Notes under the pieces: generated by a model
What the model saw: only the letters and a program-made list of their open reading frames with translations
What the model was told of the DNA's origin: nothing
The model's database searches: none
Source: Candidatus Limnocylindrales bacterium
GTDB taxonomy: Bacteria; Chloroflexota; Limnocylindria; Limnocylindrales; CSP1-4
Reading direction: 5' to 3'
NCBI GenBank assembly: GCA_038251965.1
Contig: JBBSAV010000004.1
Location: 1-61,819, forward strand
Length of the DNA: 61,819 bases
Position numbers and translations under genes: made by a program
Shown: piece after piece, positions 18,012 through 27,464 of the stretch
Position numbering within the stretch: the first letter of the stretch is position 1
Layout: each line of letters begins with the position of its first letter

Positions 18012-19988
18012 TCAGGAGCTCGCGACCAGCGCCTCCGTCTTGAACTGCTCGTGGTACAGGCGCGCATAGGCGCCACCGTGCGCCAGCAGCGCTGCGTGGG
18101 TGCCGCGCTCCACGATGCGGCCGCGCTCATACACCAGGATCAAGTCGGCCCGCAGGATGGTGGAGAGGCGGTGCGCGATGGCAAGCGTGGTGCGCCCCTG
18201 CATGGTCCGCTCGATAGCGCGCTGGATGAGCCGCTCGCTGACCGTGTCGAGTGCGCTGGTGGCCTCATCGAGGATGAGGATGCGCGGGTCCTTCAGCAAT
18301 ACGCGTGCCAGGGCGATGCGCTGTTTCTCACCACCAGACAGCTTGTAGCCACGTTCGCCCACGACCGTGTCGTAGCCCTCGGGCAGCTCGTGGATGCGAT
18401 CGTGGATGGCCGCCAGTCGCGCCGCGGTCTGTAGCTCGCGGTCGCTGGCGCCGGGCTTCGCGTAGGCCAGGTTCTCACGCACGGAGGCGTGGAACAGGTA
18501 GGCCTCCTGGGTCACGAAGCCGATGACGGCACCGAGGCTGGTGAGCTTGATGTCACGAACGTCGCGCCCATCGATCTCGATCGCCCCCGAGTCGGCGTCG
18601 TACAGGCGCGGCACCAGGTAGGTGGTGGTCGTCTTGCCCGCGCCCGACGGCCCCACCAGTGCCACCAGCTGCCCGGGTTCGACCTCGAAATCGATGTCCT
18701 CAAGCCCGAAGGGGACGCCGACTCGAACGTCGGCTGCGTCTTCCGCTGCATCACCCACTGCCTCAGGGCCGGCCGCGACCGCCATCTCGAGCACGCCATC
18801 GTCCCCGTGGCCGGAGGCATCGGTCGCCAGCTCAGCCGACGCCATATCGAGAGTCGGCAAGGCCTCGCGATAGGCGAACGAGACGTGGCGGAAGCGCAGC
18901 CGCCCTTCGACCACAGCGGGCTCCAGCTCGACCGCCCCCGTGGCGTCCTTGATCTCCGGCTCCATGTCGAGGTATTCGAAGATGCGATCGAACAGCGCCA
19001 GTGCGCCCTGCAGGTCGACCTGCACGTTGAGCAGCTGCCCGACCGGGAAGAAGAGCCGGCTCTGGAGCGTGGTGAAGGCCACGATGTCACCCACCGTAGG
19101 TGCCGACGGATCGCCCTGGATGACCAGCACGCCGGCGACCCAGTAGACGAACGCCGGCATGACGGCGAAGACGGTGCCCACCAGCATGAAGAACCAACGT
19201 CCGACCAGCGATTGGCGCAGCTGCAGTGCCGCCAGCCGCGCGTTGGCGACGCGGAACCGCTGCACCGACTCTTCCTGCTGTCCGAACGTCTTGGCCAGCA
19301 GGATGCCGCTCACCGAGAGCGTCTCTTCGGTGATGGCCGAGACGTCTGCCAGCGACTTCTGCGTCTCGGTGCTGGCCTTGCGGCGCACCTTGCCGACACG
19401 GAAGGTGAGGTACATGAAGAACGGCAGGATGGCTAATGAGATGGCCGTCAGGCGCCAGTCGATCAGGATCATCGCCAGCAGCGTGGTGACGACGATGGTG
19501 AGGTTGGCGAAGACCGAGCTGGCGGTGTCGGTCACGACCGACTGCACGCCGCCCACGTCGTTGCTGATGCGGCTCTGGATCTCGCCGGTGCGCGTCTCGG
19601 TGAAGAAGCGCAGCGGCATCTTCTGGAGGTGCGCGTAGACCGCGTTGCGCAGGTCCTCCATGACCGCCTGGCCGACGCGGTTGTTGACGTAGGTCTGACC
19701 CACGCCGATGAGCCCGCCGATGACGGGGATGGTGATCATGGCGATGACGGCCAGGTTGAGCAGGGTGAAGTCCCGCTCCGGGATGGCCACGTCCAGCAGG
19801 AACCTCAGCAGGTACGGGTTGACCACACCCAGCAGGCTGGTGGCGACGATCGACACCATCACCACCAGCACCTGCCGGCGATAGGGCCGGAAGAAGCCCA
19901 CGATCCGACGCGCCGTCTCGCCCCGACGCTCCCTGGGCACCGGCTTGAAGTCGTCCTGGTGAAAGCCGCCGTGCCCATGGAAGCCCAT
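18012..19988 (-). CDS. ABC exporter, fused permease plus ATPase (MsbA-like)
   Basis: Six-TM N-half, Walker A GPSGAGKTT, signature LSGGEKQR, Walker B ILILDEATSALD. Confidence 0.9.
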   Translation of the reverse strand: MGFHGHGGFHQDDFKPVPRERRGETARRIVGFFRPYRRQVLVVMVSIVATSLLGVVNPYLLRFLLDVAIPERDFTLLNLAVIAMITIPVIGGLIGVGQTYVNNRVGQAVMEDLRNAVYAHLQKMPLRFFTETRTGEIQSRISNDVGGVQSVVTDTASSVFANLTIVVTTLLAMILIDWRLTAISLAILPFFMYLTFRVGKVRRKASTETQKSLADVSAITEETLSVSGILLAKTFGQQEESVQRFRVANARLAALQLRQSLVGRWFFMLVGTVFAVMPAFVYWVAGVLVIQGDPSAPTVGDIVAFTTLQSRLFFPVGQLLNVQVDLQGALALFDRIFEYLDMEPEIKDATGAVELEPAVVEGRLRFRHVSFAYREALPTLDMASAELATDASGHGDDGVLEMAVAAGPEAVGDAAEDAADVRVGVPFGLEDIDFEVEPGQLVALVGPSGAGKTTTTYLVPRLYDADSGAIEIDGRDVRDIKLTSLGAVIGFVTQEAYLFHASVRENLAYAKPGASDRELQTAARLAAIHDRIHELPEGYDTVVGERGYKLSGGEKQRIALARVLLKDPRILILDEATSALDTVSERLIQRAIERTMQGRTTLAIAHRLSTILRADLILVYERGRIVERGTHAALLAHGGAYARLYHEQFKTEALVASS

Positions 19989-20017
19989 CAGTCGGCCATC
20001 GCTAGACTCAACGAGCA

Positions 20018-20959
20018 GTGGAACAAGCGACTCAGGCGCAAGGCGAGCCCCAGGCCATCTTCATCGTGGGCGTCAGCCGCAGCGGCACCACACTGCTGCG
20101 GCGCATCCTCGACAAGCACAGCCGTATCGGTATCGCCACTGAGAACCACTACCTGGGACACCTGCTCGCCTGGGAGGGCGCGCGCCACTACTTCCGGCAT
20201 GTGGGCGACCTGCGCGACGACGACAACGTGCATGCGTTGGTCGAGCATATCTACTCGGGTGAGCTGCAACGACGTTCCCGCCTGCGCGAGCTGAGCCCCT
20301 ACTGGCGCTGGCTCACCGACCGGGTCCCGCGCGCCGACATCGACGCCTACCTGATGGCATCCGATCGAACCGAACGCGGCGTCTTCGCGGCCTTCCTGCG
20401 CATCTATGCCGACCGTCGTGGCAAGGCCATCATGGGTGAGAAGACCCCGGCGCACCTGGCCTATGTCGAGACGCTGCTCGATTGGTTCCCCGACGGCCGC
20501 GTGGTCCACTGCATGCGTGATCCACGTGCCATCTATGTGTCCGAGCTGCGGCGCCGGCGGGAACATGCGGTGGGCTTCCCCTACCGACAACTCGCCGCGG
20601 CACCCGCGCTGCTGGAGCGTTTCGTGCTGGTCCAGGTGGCCTGGGCCTGGGCGGGTGCCGTCCATCGCCACCGCGTCCTGCATCGACGCTACCCCGGCCA
20701 CTACCGGCTGCTGCGCTTCGAGGATCTCGTCGCCGCTCCCCACGCCACCCTCGACGGGCTCTGCACGTTCCTCGGCGTAGTACCCGAGCCGCGCATGTTG
20801 GAGCAGAAGGTGACCTCGAAAGGGGCGCTCGTGGGCGCAGCCGGCATCGACGAGGGGGCTGCCGATCGCTGGCGTTCGAACATCAGCCCAGCCGCCAAGT
20901 CGGCCATCGAGCGACTGCTGGGCCGACGGCTCAGGGAGATGGGCTACCCAGCGCGCTGA
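20018..20959 (+). CDS. sulfotransferase family protein
   Basis: IFIVGVSRSGTTLLRR (a 5'-PSB-like loop) and RDPRAIYVSE (3'-PB-like). Confidence 0.75.
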   Translation: MEQATQAQGEPQAIFIVGVSRSGTTLLRRILDKHSRIGIATENHYLGHLLAWEGARHYFRHVGDLRDDDNVHALVEHIYSGELQRRSRLRELSPYWRWLTDRVPRADIDAYLMASDRTERGVFAAFLRIYADRRGKAIMGEKTPAHLAYVETLLDWFPDGRVVHCMRDPRAIYVSELRRRREHAVGFPYRQLAAAPALLERFVLVQVAWAWAGAVHRHRVLHRRYPGHYRLLRFEDLVAAPHATLDGLCTFLGVVPEPRMLEQKVTSKGALVGAAGIDEGAADRWRSNISPAAKSAIERLLGRRLREMGYPAR

Positions 20960-22088
20960 CAGGCTCGGTCAGTGCTCCCGCCTCGGCCAGCGGGACCACG
21001 TCAGCCTCTGCGACTGCCTCAGCCTGCTCCACCAGCCAACGTTCGGCATCGAGCGCAGCCCGACAACCGTCGCCAGCGGCGGTGATGGCCTGGCGATAGC
21101 GGTGGTCATGGACGTCACCGGCCACGAATACGCCCTCTACCCCGGTCAGCGTCTGGTCCTCGACCACGAGATAGCCCTTCTCGTCCACCTCGAGCGCATC
21201 GCGGAAGACCTCCGTGTTGGGTCGGTGGCCGATAGCGATGAAGAGGCCCTCCAGGGGCAGCTGCCGCACCTCGCCGGTCAGCGTGTCCGTCAGCTCGACC
21301 GCCGCCACCTTGTCCGAACCCAGGACGTCGCTGACCTGGCTGTTCCACTCGACGCGGATCTTGGGGTGCGCCATGGCGCGGTCGCGCATGATACGGCTGC
21401 CGCGGAACTCGTCGCGCCGGTGGACGAGCACCACCTCGCTGGCGAACTTGGTCAGGAACAGGGCTTCCTCAAGCGCGCTGTCACCGCCGCCCACGACCGC
21501 GATCTTCTTGTCACGGAAGAAGAACCCGTCGCAGGTGGCACAGGCCGACACACCGCGCCCGCGTAGGCGTGTCTCGTTCTCCAGGCCCAGCCAGATGGCC
21601 GAGGCGCCGGTGGCCACGATGACGGCGTCGGCGGTATAGGGCACGCCACCCGCGGTGAGCCTGAAGGGCCGCGCGCCGAAGTCGACCGATTCAACGTCGA
21701 CGTCGACCAGGCGGGCCCCGAAGCGCTCGGCCTGGGCGCGCATGCCCGTCATCAGGGCGGGGCCGTCGATGCCGTCGGGGAAGCCCGGGAAGTTCTCCAC
21801 TTCCGAGGTGATCATCAGCTGGCCGCCGGGTACGTAGCCGGCGATGACGAGCGGCTCCAGATCGGCGCGAGCGGCGTAGATGGCCGCCGTCAGCCCAGCG
21901 GGGCCACTGCCGATGATGAGCACGCGAGCGTGTGCACCCTGTGCCCCTGCCGCCATGGCCGTCATGGTCGCGGCCGGCTGCTCCATCGCGATCGGGGCGA
22001 TAGGCGGGATCGGCGCCGCTTCGGCGTCGCCGTCATCAAGCATCTGCAGGCCCCCGAAGCCCGCCTCGTTGTCGTTCATCGTGTGCAT
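20931..22088 (-). CDS. trxB: thioredoxin-disulfide reductase
   Basis: VLIIGSGPAGLTAAIYAAR, the redox-active CATCDG motif and VVGGGDSALEEA. The ORF carries about 50 extra N-terminal aa, so the true start may be internal. Confidence 0.9.
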   Translation of the reverse strand: MHTMNDNEAGFGGLQMLDDGDAEAAPIPPIAPIAMEQPAATMTAMAAGAQGAHARVLIIGSGPAGLTAAIYAARADLEPLVIAGYVPGGQLMITSEVENFPGFPDGIDGPALMTGMRAQAERFGARLVDVDVESVDFGARPFRLTAGGVPYTADAVIVATGASAIWLGLENETRLRGRGVSACATCDGFFFRDKKIAVVGGGDSALEEALFLTKFASEVVLVHRRDEFRGSRIMRDRAMAHPKIRVEWNSQVSDVLGSDKVAAVELTDTLTGEVRQLPLEGLFIAIGHRPNTEVFRDALEVDEKGYLVVEDQTLTGVEGVFVAGDVHDHRYRQAITAAGDGCRAALDAERWLVEQAEAVAEADVVPLAEAGALTEPVSALGSPSP

Positions 22089-22105
22089 CGTAGCACGGGT
22101 CGGTG

Positions 22106-22122
22106 ATACTCCCCGGGAGTAT
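22106..22122. promoter_or_regulatory. perfect 17-bp palindrome ATACTCCC-C-GGGAGTAT upstream of trxB
   Basis: Read directly. It lies 18 nt upstream of the longest trxB ORF start. Confidence 0.35.
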
Positions 22123-22178
22123 TCTTCAGAATCGGAGTAGGTGCCACATCCACCCGCCGTCAGCCTCCGTGAACCGGC

Positions 22179-23882
22179 CTACTTTGCGTTCGGCCCGACC
22201 TCGTAGTAGGTCCGCTGTTTCGACGTGCCGCGCTGCGACAGAAGACCGAGCTTAACCATTCGACGCAGGATCCGGCGCATCTCATGGACGTCATGAATCC
22301 CCAGAAGGTCTCGCCCTTCAGCGTTCGTGATACGTCCGCGACTGCGCACCTGGGTGAGTACGGACTCTTCCTGGCCCCAGATACGTCGCGCTCGACGCCC
22401 ACCCTTGCGCCGCGAGAGAGGCGCCAGGGTGTAGAAGGCGGAGCCACGAGTTCCGTGCTGCTGGAGTATGCCGAGGCCCACCAGTCCGCGGAGGTCCTGC
22501 GTGGCGCGTACGCTGGTCACCGAGTTGAGACGAACGTAGTCTCGATTCGCAAGGGAGCCGGTGCGCCACCCGTAGACAAGCGCGATCCTCTGGGCGTCCT
22601 TTAGCGGGTACTCGGCGAAGTTCGACAGCCACAGATACGCATCATCGTCCATCATGGTGTGGTTCTCGAGTACGACCGAGAACGATGTCAGAGCATCTTG
22701 GAACAACGGGCGGCGCAGGCCCGCTCTTAGCATCTCCTGGACCATCCGGTTGACGCCGATGTCCCGCTGCTCGACCAGACCGTGATCCTCAAGTAGTCGC
22801 ACGACGGCGTGGTTTCGGGTCGACTGCTCGCTCTCGATGTTCTGCTCGGACACGGTTCCGAACAATCCACCCGGGCTTTGGACCTCAAGCCTGTCCGCAA
22901 ACAGTCGCAACTGTGTATGCGAGCCCGTGATCCCGTAGTCGCGGTGGGCTACGGCGTTGACGATGGCCTCTCGATATGCCCAATCGGGATACTCTGGGAT
23001 CTCCCGTCGGACGAACCCCTCAAGCAGCGCACGCTTCCTGATGCGGGCGAGCACAGCCAGTCTCGCCTGCTCGACCACGATGGGCAGAGGGCCGGACAGG
23101 CGTCGATTGTCGAGATAGACGCCCGAGCCGGCGGCGGCCCCCGCGATCTCAGTTCCGGAGAACTGAAGGACGGAGATGAATGCACCAGGCAGCCATCTGG
23201 TCGGGTCGCTCGTGAAGAACAGGACGCCGGCTGTCGTGGGCACGTCGCGATCACCGATCCGTACGATCGCCTGAACGGATCGCAGCAGCTCGTCGTTCGA
23301 TAGTCCGAGGAGGCCCGACGTGGGCTTGCGCGCCTCCAGCGTCGCTCGATAGGCGTCGATGTGGGTGGCTTCAAGGTCACTCATCTGCGCCTCCTCCACG
23401 GGCAGGATGTCCGACCGATCACGGTCACTGGCCCGGAGGAGCGCGCGGACTTCGGCTTCCGAAAGGACGTGGTTCGAGTTCCCGACCCGCAGGTATGAGC
23501 CGCCGATGAGTCCCTTGTTCCGGTAGTAGACCGGCTTGTGGACGGGCGGACACTCCGGCACGTGCACTGCGAGGACGGTGTGGTCGTCCACTTCGCACGT
23601 TGCGAACTCAAGACGTAGCGGGTAGCTGAGGCGTTGGTCCACCAAGCTGGTGAGTTGGTGCTGGAGCTGGCCAACGTCCAAACCGCCCACCGTCCTGAAG
23701 CTCACATCCTCCAGGCCGAACACGATGAAGCCGCCGCCTCGACGGTTCCCAAACGCCGACAGTGCTTCATGGATACGCTGCGGTAGGCCACGCCGAGCGT
23801 CCTTGGCCTCCGCCTCAGGCAGTTCCGAGCGGAGGGTCTGCATACGCTGGACGAGTCCCTCGATATCACCACGACCCATCAT
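22179..23882 (-). CDS. AlbA_2 (Schlafen-like divergent AAA) plus HATPase_c_4 plus winged-helix protein, of the kind often annotated as RecG-like or a putative transcriptional regulator
   Basis: N-terminus GFIVFGLED..VLAVHVPECPP..YYRNKGLIGGSYLRVGNSN (AlbA_2-like). Middle section REAIVNAVAHRDY (HATPase_c_4-like). Two wHTH-like C-terminal segments. A 100-nt hand count gives about 62% GC, against about 76% at 24101-24200. Confidence 0.7.
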   Translation of the reverse strand: MMGRGDIEGLVQRMQTLRSELPEAEAKDARRGLPQRIHEALSAFGNRRGGGFIVFGLEDVSFRTVGGLDVGQLQHQLTSLVDQRLSYPLRLEFATCEVDDHTVLAVHVPECPPVHKPVYYRNKGLIGGSYLRVGNSNHVLSEAEVRALLRASDRDRSDILPVEEAQMSDLEATHIDAYRATLEARKPTSGLLGLSNDELLRSVQAIVRIGDRDVPTTAGVLFFTSDPTRWLPGAFISVLQFSGTEIAGAAAGSGVYLDNRRLSGPLPIVVEQARLAVLARIRKRALLEGFVRREIPEYPDWAYREAIVNAVAHRDYGITGSHTQLRLFADRLEVQSPGGLFGTVSEQNIESEQSTRNHAVVRLLEDHGLVEQRDIGVNRMVQEMLRAGLRRPLFQDALTSFSVVLENHTMMDDDAYLWLSNFAEYPLKDAQRIALVYGWRTGSLANRDYVRLNSVTSVRATQDLRGLVGLGILQQHGTRGSAFYTLAPLSRRKGGRRARRIWGQEESVLTQVRSRGRITNAEGRDLLGIHDVHEMRRILRRMVKLGLLSQRGTSKQRTYYEVGPNAK

Positions 23883-24001
23883 CTACGCGATCACCCAGTC
23901 ATTCGCCCCTTCACCCTCGTTTGCCAATCGAGTGTAGCACTTAGGAGTTAATGAAATCGATCAATGGCTTCCGCCTCTGCTCGATCGCCACCAGCGCCGA
24001 C

Positions 24002-24922
24002 TCAAGTCAGGGGGGATGGTCGGCCCATACCTCGCAGCTGCGGGATGACGTCGCGGCCGACGAGCTCCAGCTTCGACAGGTCGGTCACGTCGCGGAGACT
24101 GAAGATGGCGTGCTGGGCGCCGGCGTCGGCGGTGCGGCCCAGGCGCTCCACGAGCGCATCGGGCGTGACGGTCTGCCCGGCTCCGTCAGGGCTGATGGCC
24201 ACCTGCGTCAGGAACGTCTTCTCGATCTCGTCGTAGTCCCGACCGACCGCCTCGCAATGATTCTGCAACACACCGTACTTGTGTCGCAGCTGTTCAGGGT
24301 CGGTGCCGAAGATGTTGCAGGCATCCGCATACTGCGCCACCAGCTTGAGTGTGCGCCGCTCGCCGCCGCCGCCGATGAGGATGGGTAGATGCGGCTTCGA
24401 CAGCGCCTGCGGGGCGTTGAGCGGATCGGCGGCCTGGTAGTGGACCCCCTTGAATGGCTCGCGATCGCCGGCAGCGCCTCGCCAGGCCGCGTGTGCCAGC
24501 TGCAGGGTCTCCTCGAGCATCTCGAAACGTTCGCCCAGCGGCGGCATGGGGAAGCCCCAGGCGCGCGATTCCTGCTCGTTCCAGGCCGCCCCGATGCCGA
24601 ACCAGGCACGTCCACCACTGAGCACGTCGAGCGTGGTGGCAGCCTTGATCCAGAGCCCGGGCCCTCGATAGTGGATACCACCGACCATGAGCCCCAGACG
24701 CGCACGCTTCGAGTGGGCAGCCATGAATCCGAGCGTGGTCATGCCCTCGAGCATGGGTTCCTCTGGCGCGCCGACCGCACCGATCTGAAGGAAGTGGTCC
24801 ATCACCCAGATGGAGTCGAAACCGGCGTCGTCGGCGGTGCGAACGATGCGTGCCAAGGTCTCGCCGATGGCGGCGTCCCCGCCGGGCCAGGTGAAGGAGT
24901 TGATCTGGAGGCCGATCTTCAT
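24002..24922 (-). CDS. LLM-class F420-dependent oxidoreductase
   Basis: MKIGLQINSFTWPGG..DAGFDSIWVMDHF, a luciferase-like monooxygenase fold. It lies adjacent to the cof genes. Confidence 0.75.
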   Translation of the reverse strand: MKIGLQINSFTWPGGDAAIGETLARIVRTADDAGFDSIWVMDHFLQIGAVGAPEEPMLEGMTTLGFMAAHSKRARLGLMVGGIHYRGPGLWIKAATTLDVLSGGRAWFGIGAAWNEQESRAWGFPMPPLGERFEMLEETLQLAHAAWRGAAGDREPFKGVHYQAADPLNAPQALSKPHLPILIGGGGERRTLKLVAQYADACNIFGTDPEQLRHKYGVLQNHCEAVGRDYDEIEKTFLTQVAISPDGAGQTVTPDALVERLGRTADAGAQHAIFSLRDVTDLSKLELVGRDVIPQLRGMGRPSPLT

Positions 24923-24950
24923 GCGGCCGAGTGTAGCGACCTTGCGAATG

Positions 24951-25724
24951 TCAGCGAAACAGGTCCTGCCCGAGTGGCATCAGCACATCGCCGACGATGG
25001 AGCCGCTCCCGGCGGGCAGCTGCGCGCCACGGATGAGCACGACCGGTCGTCGGCTCGTCTTGCCTGAGGCCAGCTCTGCTACGCCGGCCAGCTCATCGGC
25101 CACCGCCACCACGGTCGCGTGCATCTCACGTCCCTCCGTGTCGACCTGGCCGCGCAGGTCATGGAGCGGCAGGAACCCGGAGACGCCCAGCGCCACGTCG
25201 GTGATCCCAAGCCGCCAGGGTCGCCCGAAGGAATCGCTGACGACGACCCCGACATCGACGCCTAACTCCTCGAGCACGGCATGCCGCAGGCCAAGAGCCG
25301 AAGCGTCGGGGTCCTGGGGCAGCAACGTGACCACATCCTCCTCGCCCACGTTGGAGGCATCCACACCGGCGTTGGCGCAGACGAAGCCATGGTGCGTGCG
25401 GCTGATGATGATGCCGCGCTCCATGCGCAAGACCTCTGCCGATTCGCGCAACACCACCTCGATCTGACGTGCGTCCTTGTCCCAGGCGTCTGCCCAGTCG
25501 ATCGCCTCTGGCCGCGGCTCGACCTCAGCCAGGCGCACGATGCGACCCTCCGCCTTGGAGACCACCTTCTGGGTGACCACCAGCACGTCGCCCGGTGTGG
25601 GTGCCAGGTCGGGCTCCTCGACGACCAGCTTCCACCAGGCCTCAGCCACCAGCCGGCCCAGATCGTCGCCGGGGCGGATCTCAGGCAGCTCCGGCAGCGC
25701 CGCCGCCAGCAGGCGTCCGTTCAT
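24951..25724 (-). CDS. cofE: coenzyme F420-0:L-glutamate ligase (stand-alone CofE)
   Basis: VLVVTQKVVSKAEGR..FVCANAGVDASNV..VVSDSFGRPWR. At 257 aa it has no fused nitroreductase domain. Confidence 0.85.
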   Translation of the reverse strand: MNGRLLAAALPELPEIRPGDDLGRLVAEAWWKLVVEEPDLAPTPGDVLVVTQKVVSKAEGRIVRLAEVEPRPEAIDWADAWDKDARQIEVVLRESAEVLRMERGIIISRTHHGFVCANAGVDASNVGEEDVVTLLPQDPDASALGLRHAVLEELGVDVGVVVSDSFGRPWRLGITDVALGVSGFLPLHDLRGQVDTEGREMHATVVAVADELAGVAELASGKTSRRPVVLIRGAQLPAGSGSIVGDVLMPLGQDLFR

Positions 25725-26428
25725 TCGCTCACCCCGTCGATGGCGCGTCGCCCCAGCTCCATCAGCTCGCGTAGGCGAGTCGGGTCCAGTCGCTCAAGGT
25801 CGTATGGCGTATCGAGATCGAAGCCGAGAACGCTGTCGCTGACGACCTGCACCGCGGCCCCGACCGACGCCGCCGCACGCAGGTGCGTCTCGAAGCTGCC
25901 ATCACCGAACGCGGGCGCGATGATCTCCGGCGGCCGCAGCAACAGCGCGTTGGTGCCGCTGCGTGCGTCGGCCGGCGCGATGGCCACCAGTGGGCCGCCC
26001 GCGGCTGCGGCCAGACCGGCATCGGCGGCCATGATCAGCTCGTCCAGCGCCTCGGTCGACAGATAGGGCAGGTCGCCCGGAAGCACCAGCACGCTGGTCG
26101 CTCCTTCGGCATGGGCGGCCCCGATGCCGATGCGGATACCGTCATTGAGGCCCTCGCCATGCTGCCGATGGACGCTCACCTCCACGCCGGTCTGGCGGGT
26201 GGCCGCGTCCAGCACCGGATCGGGGCTGACGAGGTGGATGCGCCGGCAGAACCGCCAGGCGCCCAGCATCGCGAGCGTGTGCAGCAGCATGCCCAGCACC
26301 AACTCCGCACGCTCCTCGGCATCGAGGGCCGCGCCCAGGCGCGCCTTGCCACCCGACACGGTGCGCATCGGTAGCACCACGTGGATGGGCTCCAGTCCGT
26401 TGGCAGCGTCGAGTCGGTCGGTGGTCAT
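25721..26428 (-). CDS. cofC: 2-phospho-L-lactate guanylyltransferase (CofC/FbiD)
   Basis: VVLPMRTVSGGKARLG..LVLPGDLPYL. 4-nt overlap with cofE. Confidence 0.75.
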   Translation of the reverse strand: MTTDRLDAANGLEPIHVVLPMRTVSGGKARLGAALDAEERAELVLGMLLHTLAMLGAWRFCRRIHLVSPDPVLDAATRQTGVEVSVHRQHGEGLNDGIRIGIGAAHAEGATSVLVLPGDLPYLSTEALDELIMAADAGLAAAAGGPLVAIAPADARSGTNALLLRPPEIIAPAFGDGSFETHLRAAASVGAAVQVVSDSVLGFDLDTPYDLERLDPTRLRELMELGRRAIDGVSE

Positions 26429-26480
26429 CGCAGAAGGAGAATGGTAGTCGTAGCTGGCAGTGTGTCAGGCGGGCAGCGTG

Positions 26481-27464
26481 TCAGGCGGGCAGGTGCGCCG
26501 CCAGGATCGCTTCCGCGAGCCGTTGCCGGTCGGCATCGGAACGCATCACGGTCTCATGCAGCTCGATCGTCGCCGTGGTCTGCACGCCGGCTGCCTCGTC
26601 GGCATCGGCCCTATCGAGCACGAAGACATCGACCAAGTCCGGATAGTGCTGCTCGTAGTGCTCCACCACGCCGCCGGCGGTGGCACGGCCGCCGAGGGAC
26701 TCGAGCATGCGGTCGGCCGGGCCACGCAGCGCCTTGCCGCCGACCAGCGGGCTGACCGCCACGACCGGCGCCGGCGCCGCCAGGAGCGCCTTGAGCATGC
26801 CGGGCACGGCGAGGATGGTCCCCACCGACACGAACGGGTTCGATGGCGCGATCACGATGAGCTCGGCCGCCGCGATCGCGTCCCGAACCTCAGGCGTCGG
26901 CCGAGACGACTCGATGCCACGCCGGCGGATCTCCAGCACCCGATCCTGTTGGCCACGGCGCACGAAGTAGTCCTGGAACTCGAGCCAGCCGTCCGGCGTC
27001 CGGATCTCCGTGCGCACCGCGTCATCGGTCATGGGCAGGAGGAGCGCGGGCACCCGCAGCCGGGAAGTCAGCTCTGCGGTCACCTCGGTCAGTCGCCGAC
27101 CCTCCCGCAGCAGCTGGGTTCGGCGAATGTGCGTGGCCATGTCACGGTCGCCCAGCCCGAACCAGGTCTCTGCGCCGTAGCTCTTGAGCATCGCCGAGGT
27201 GGACCAGGTCTCATCGCGCAGTCCCCAGCCGGTCTCCTCGTTGGCCAGCCCGGCCAGCGTGTACATGACCGTGTCCAAGTCGGGTGAGACGGAAAGGCCG
27301 TGTAGCTCCAGGTCGTCGCCGGTATTGACGATGACGCGGAGGTCCAGCGGCGCCTCCCCGCGCGCGACCCGTGCGGCCGATGCGAGCGCGACGCCGTGGC
27401 TGAGCTTGGCACCGCCGTAGCCACCCGCGAGGACGACGACGCGCGGCGAGTGATCGGCGCTCAA
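26481..27464 (-). CDS. cofD: 2-phospho-L-lactate transferase (CofD/FbiA)
   Basis: VVVLAGGYGGAKLSHG..IVNTGDD..IAPSNPFVSVGTIL. Confidence 0.85.
   Translation of the reverse strand: MSADHSPRVVVLAGGYGGAKLSHGVALASAARVARGEAPLDLRVIVNTGDDLELHGLSVSPDLDTVMYTLAGLANEETGWGLRDETWSTSAMLKSYGAETWFGLGDRDMATHIRRTQLLREGRRLTEVTAELTSRLRVPALLLPMTDDAVRTEIRTPDGWLEFQDYFVRRGQQDRVLEIRRRGIESSRPTPEVRDAIAAAELIVIAPSNPFVSVGTILAVPGMLKALLAAPAPVVAVSPLVGGKALRGPADRMLESLGGRATAGGVVEHYEQHYPDLVDVFVLDRADADEAAGVQTTATIELHETVMRSDADRQRLAEAILAAHLPA

Noticed and set aside
20931-20959. Convergent 3' overlaps of gene pairs: 20931-20959 (sulfotransferase/trxB), 40669-40723 (methyltransferase/MGMT) and 59990-60015 (cbiO/SGDH). I considered them as possible antisense regulation.
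   Set aside because: Short convergent overlaps are common in compact high-GC genomes, and all six reading frames look intact to their stops. There is no specific evidence for a regulatory role.
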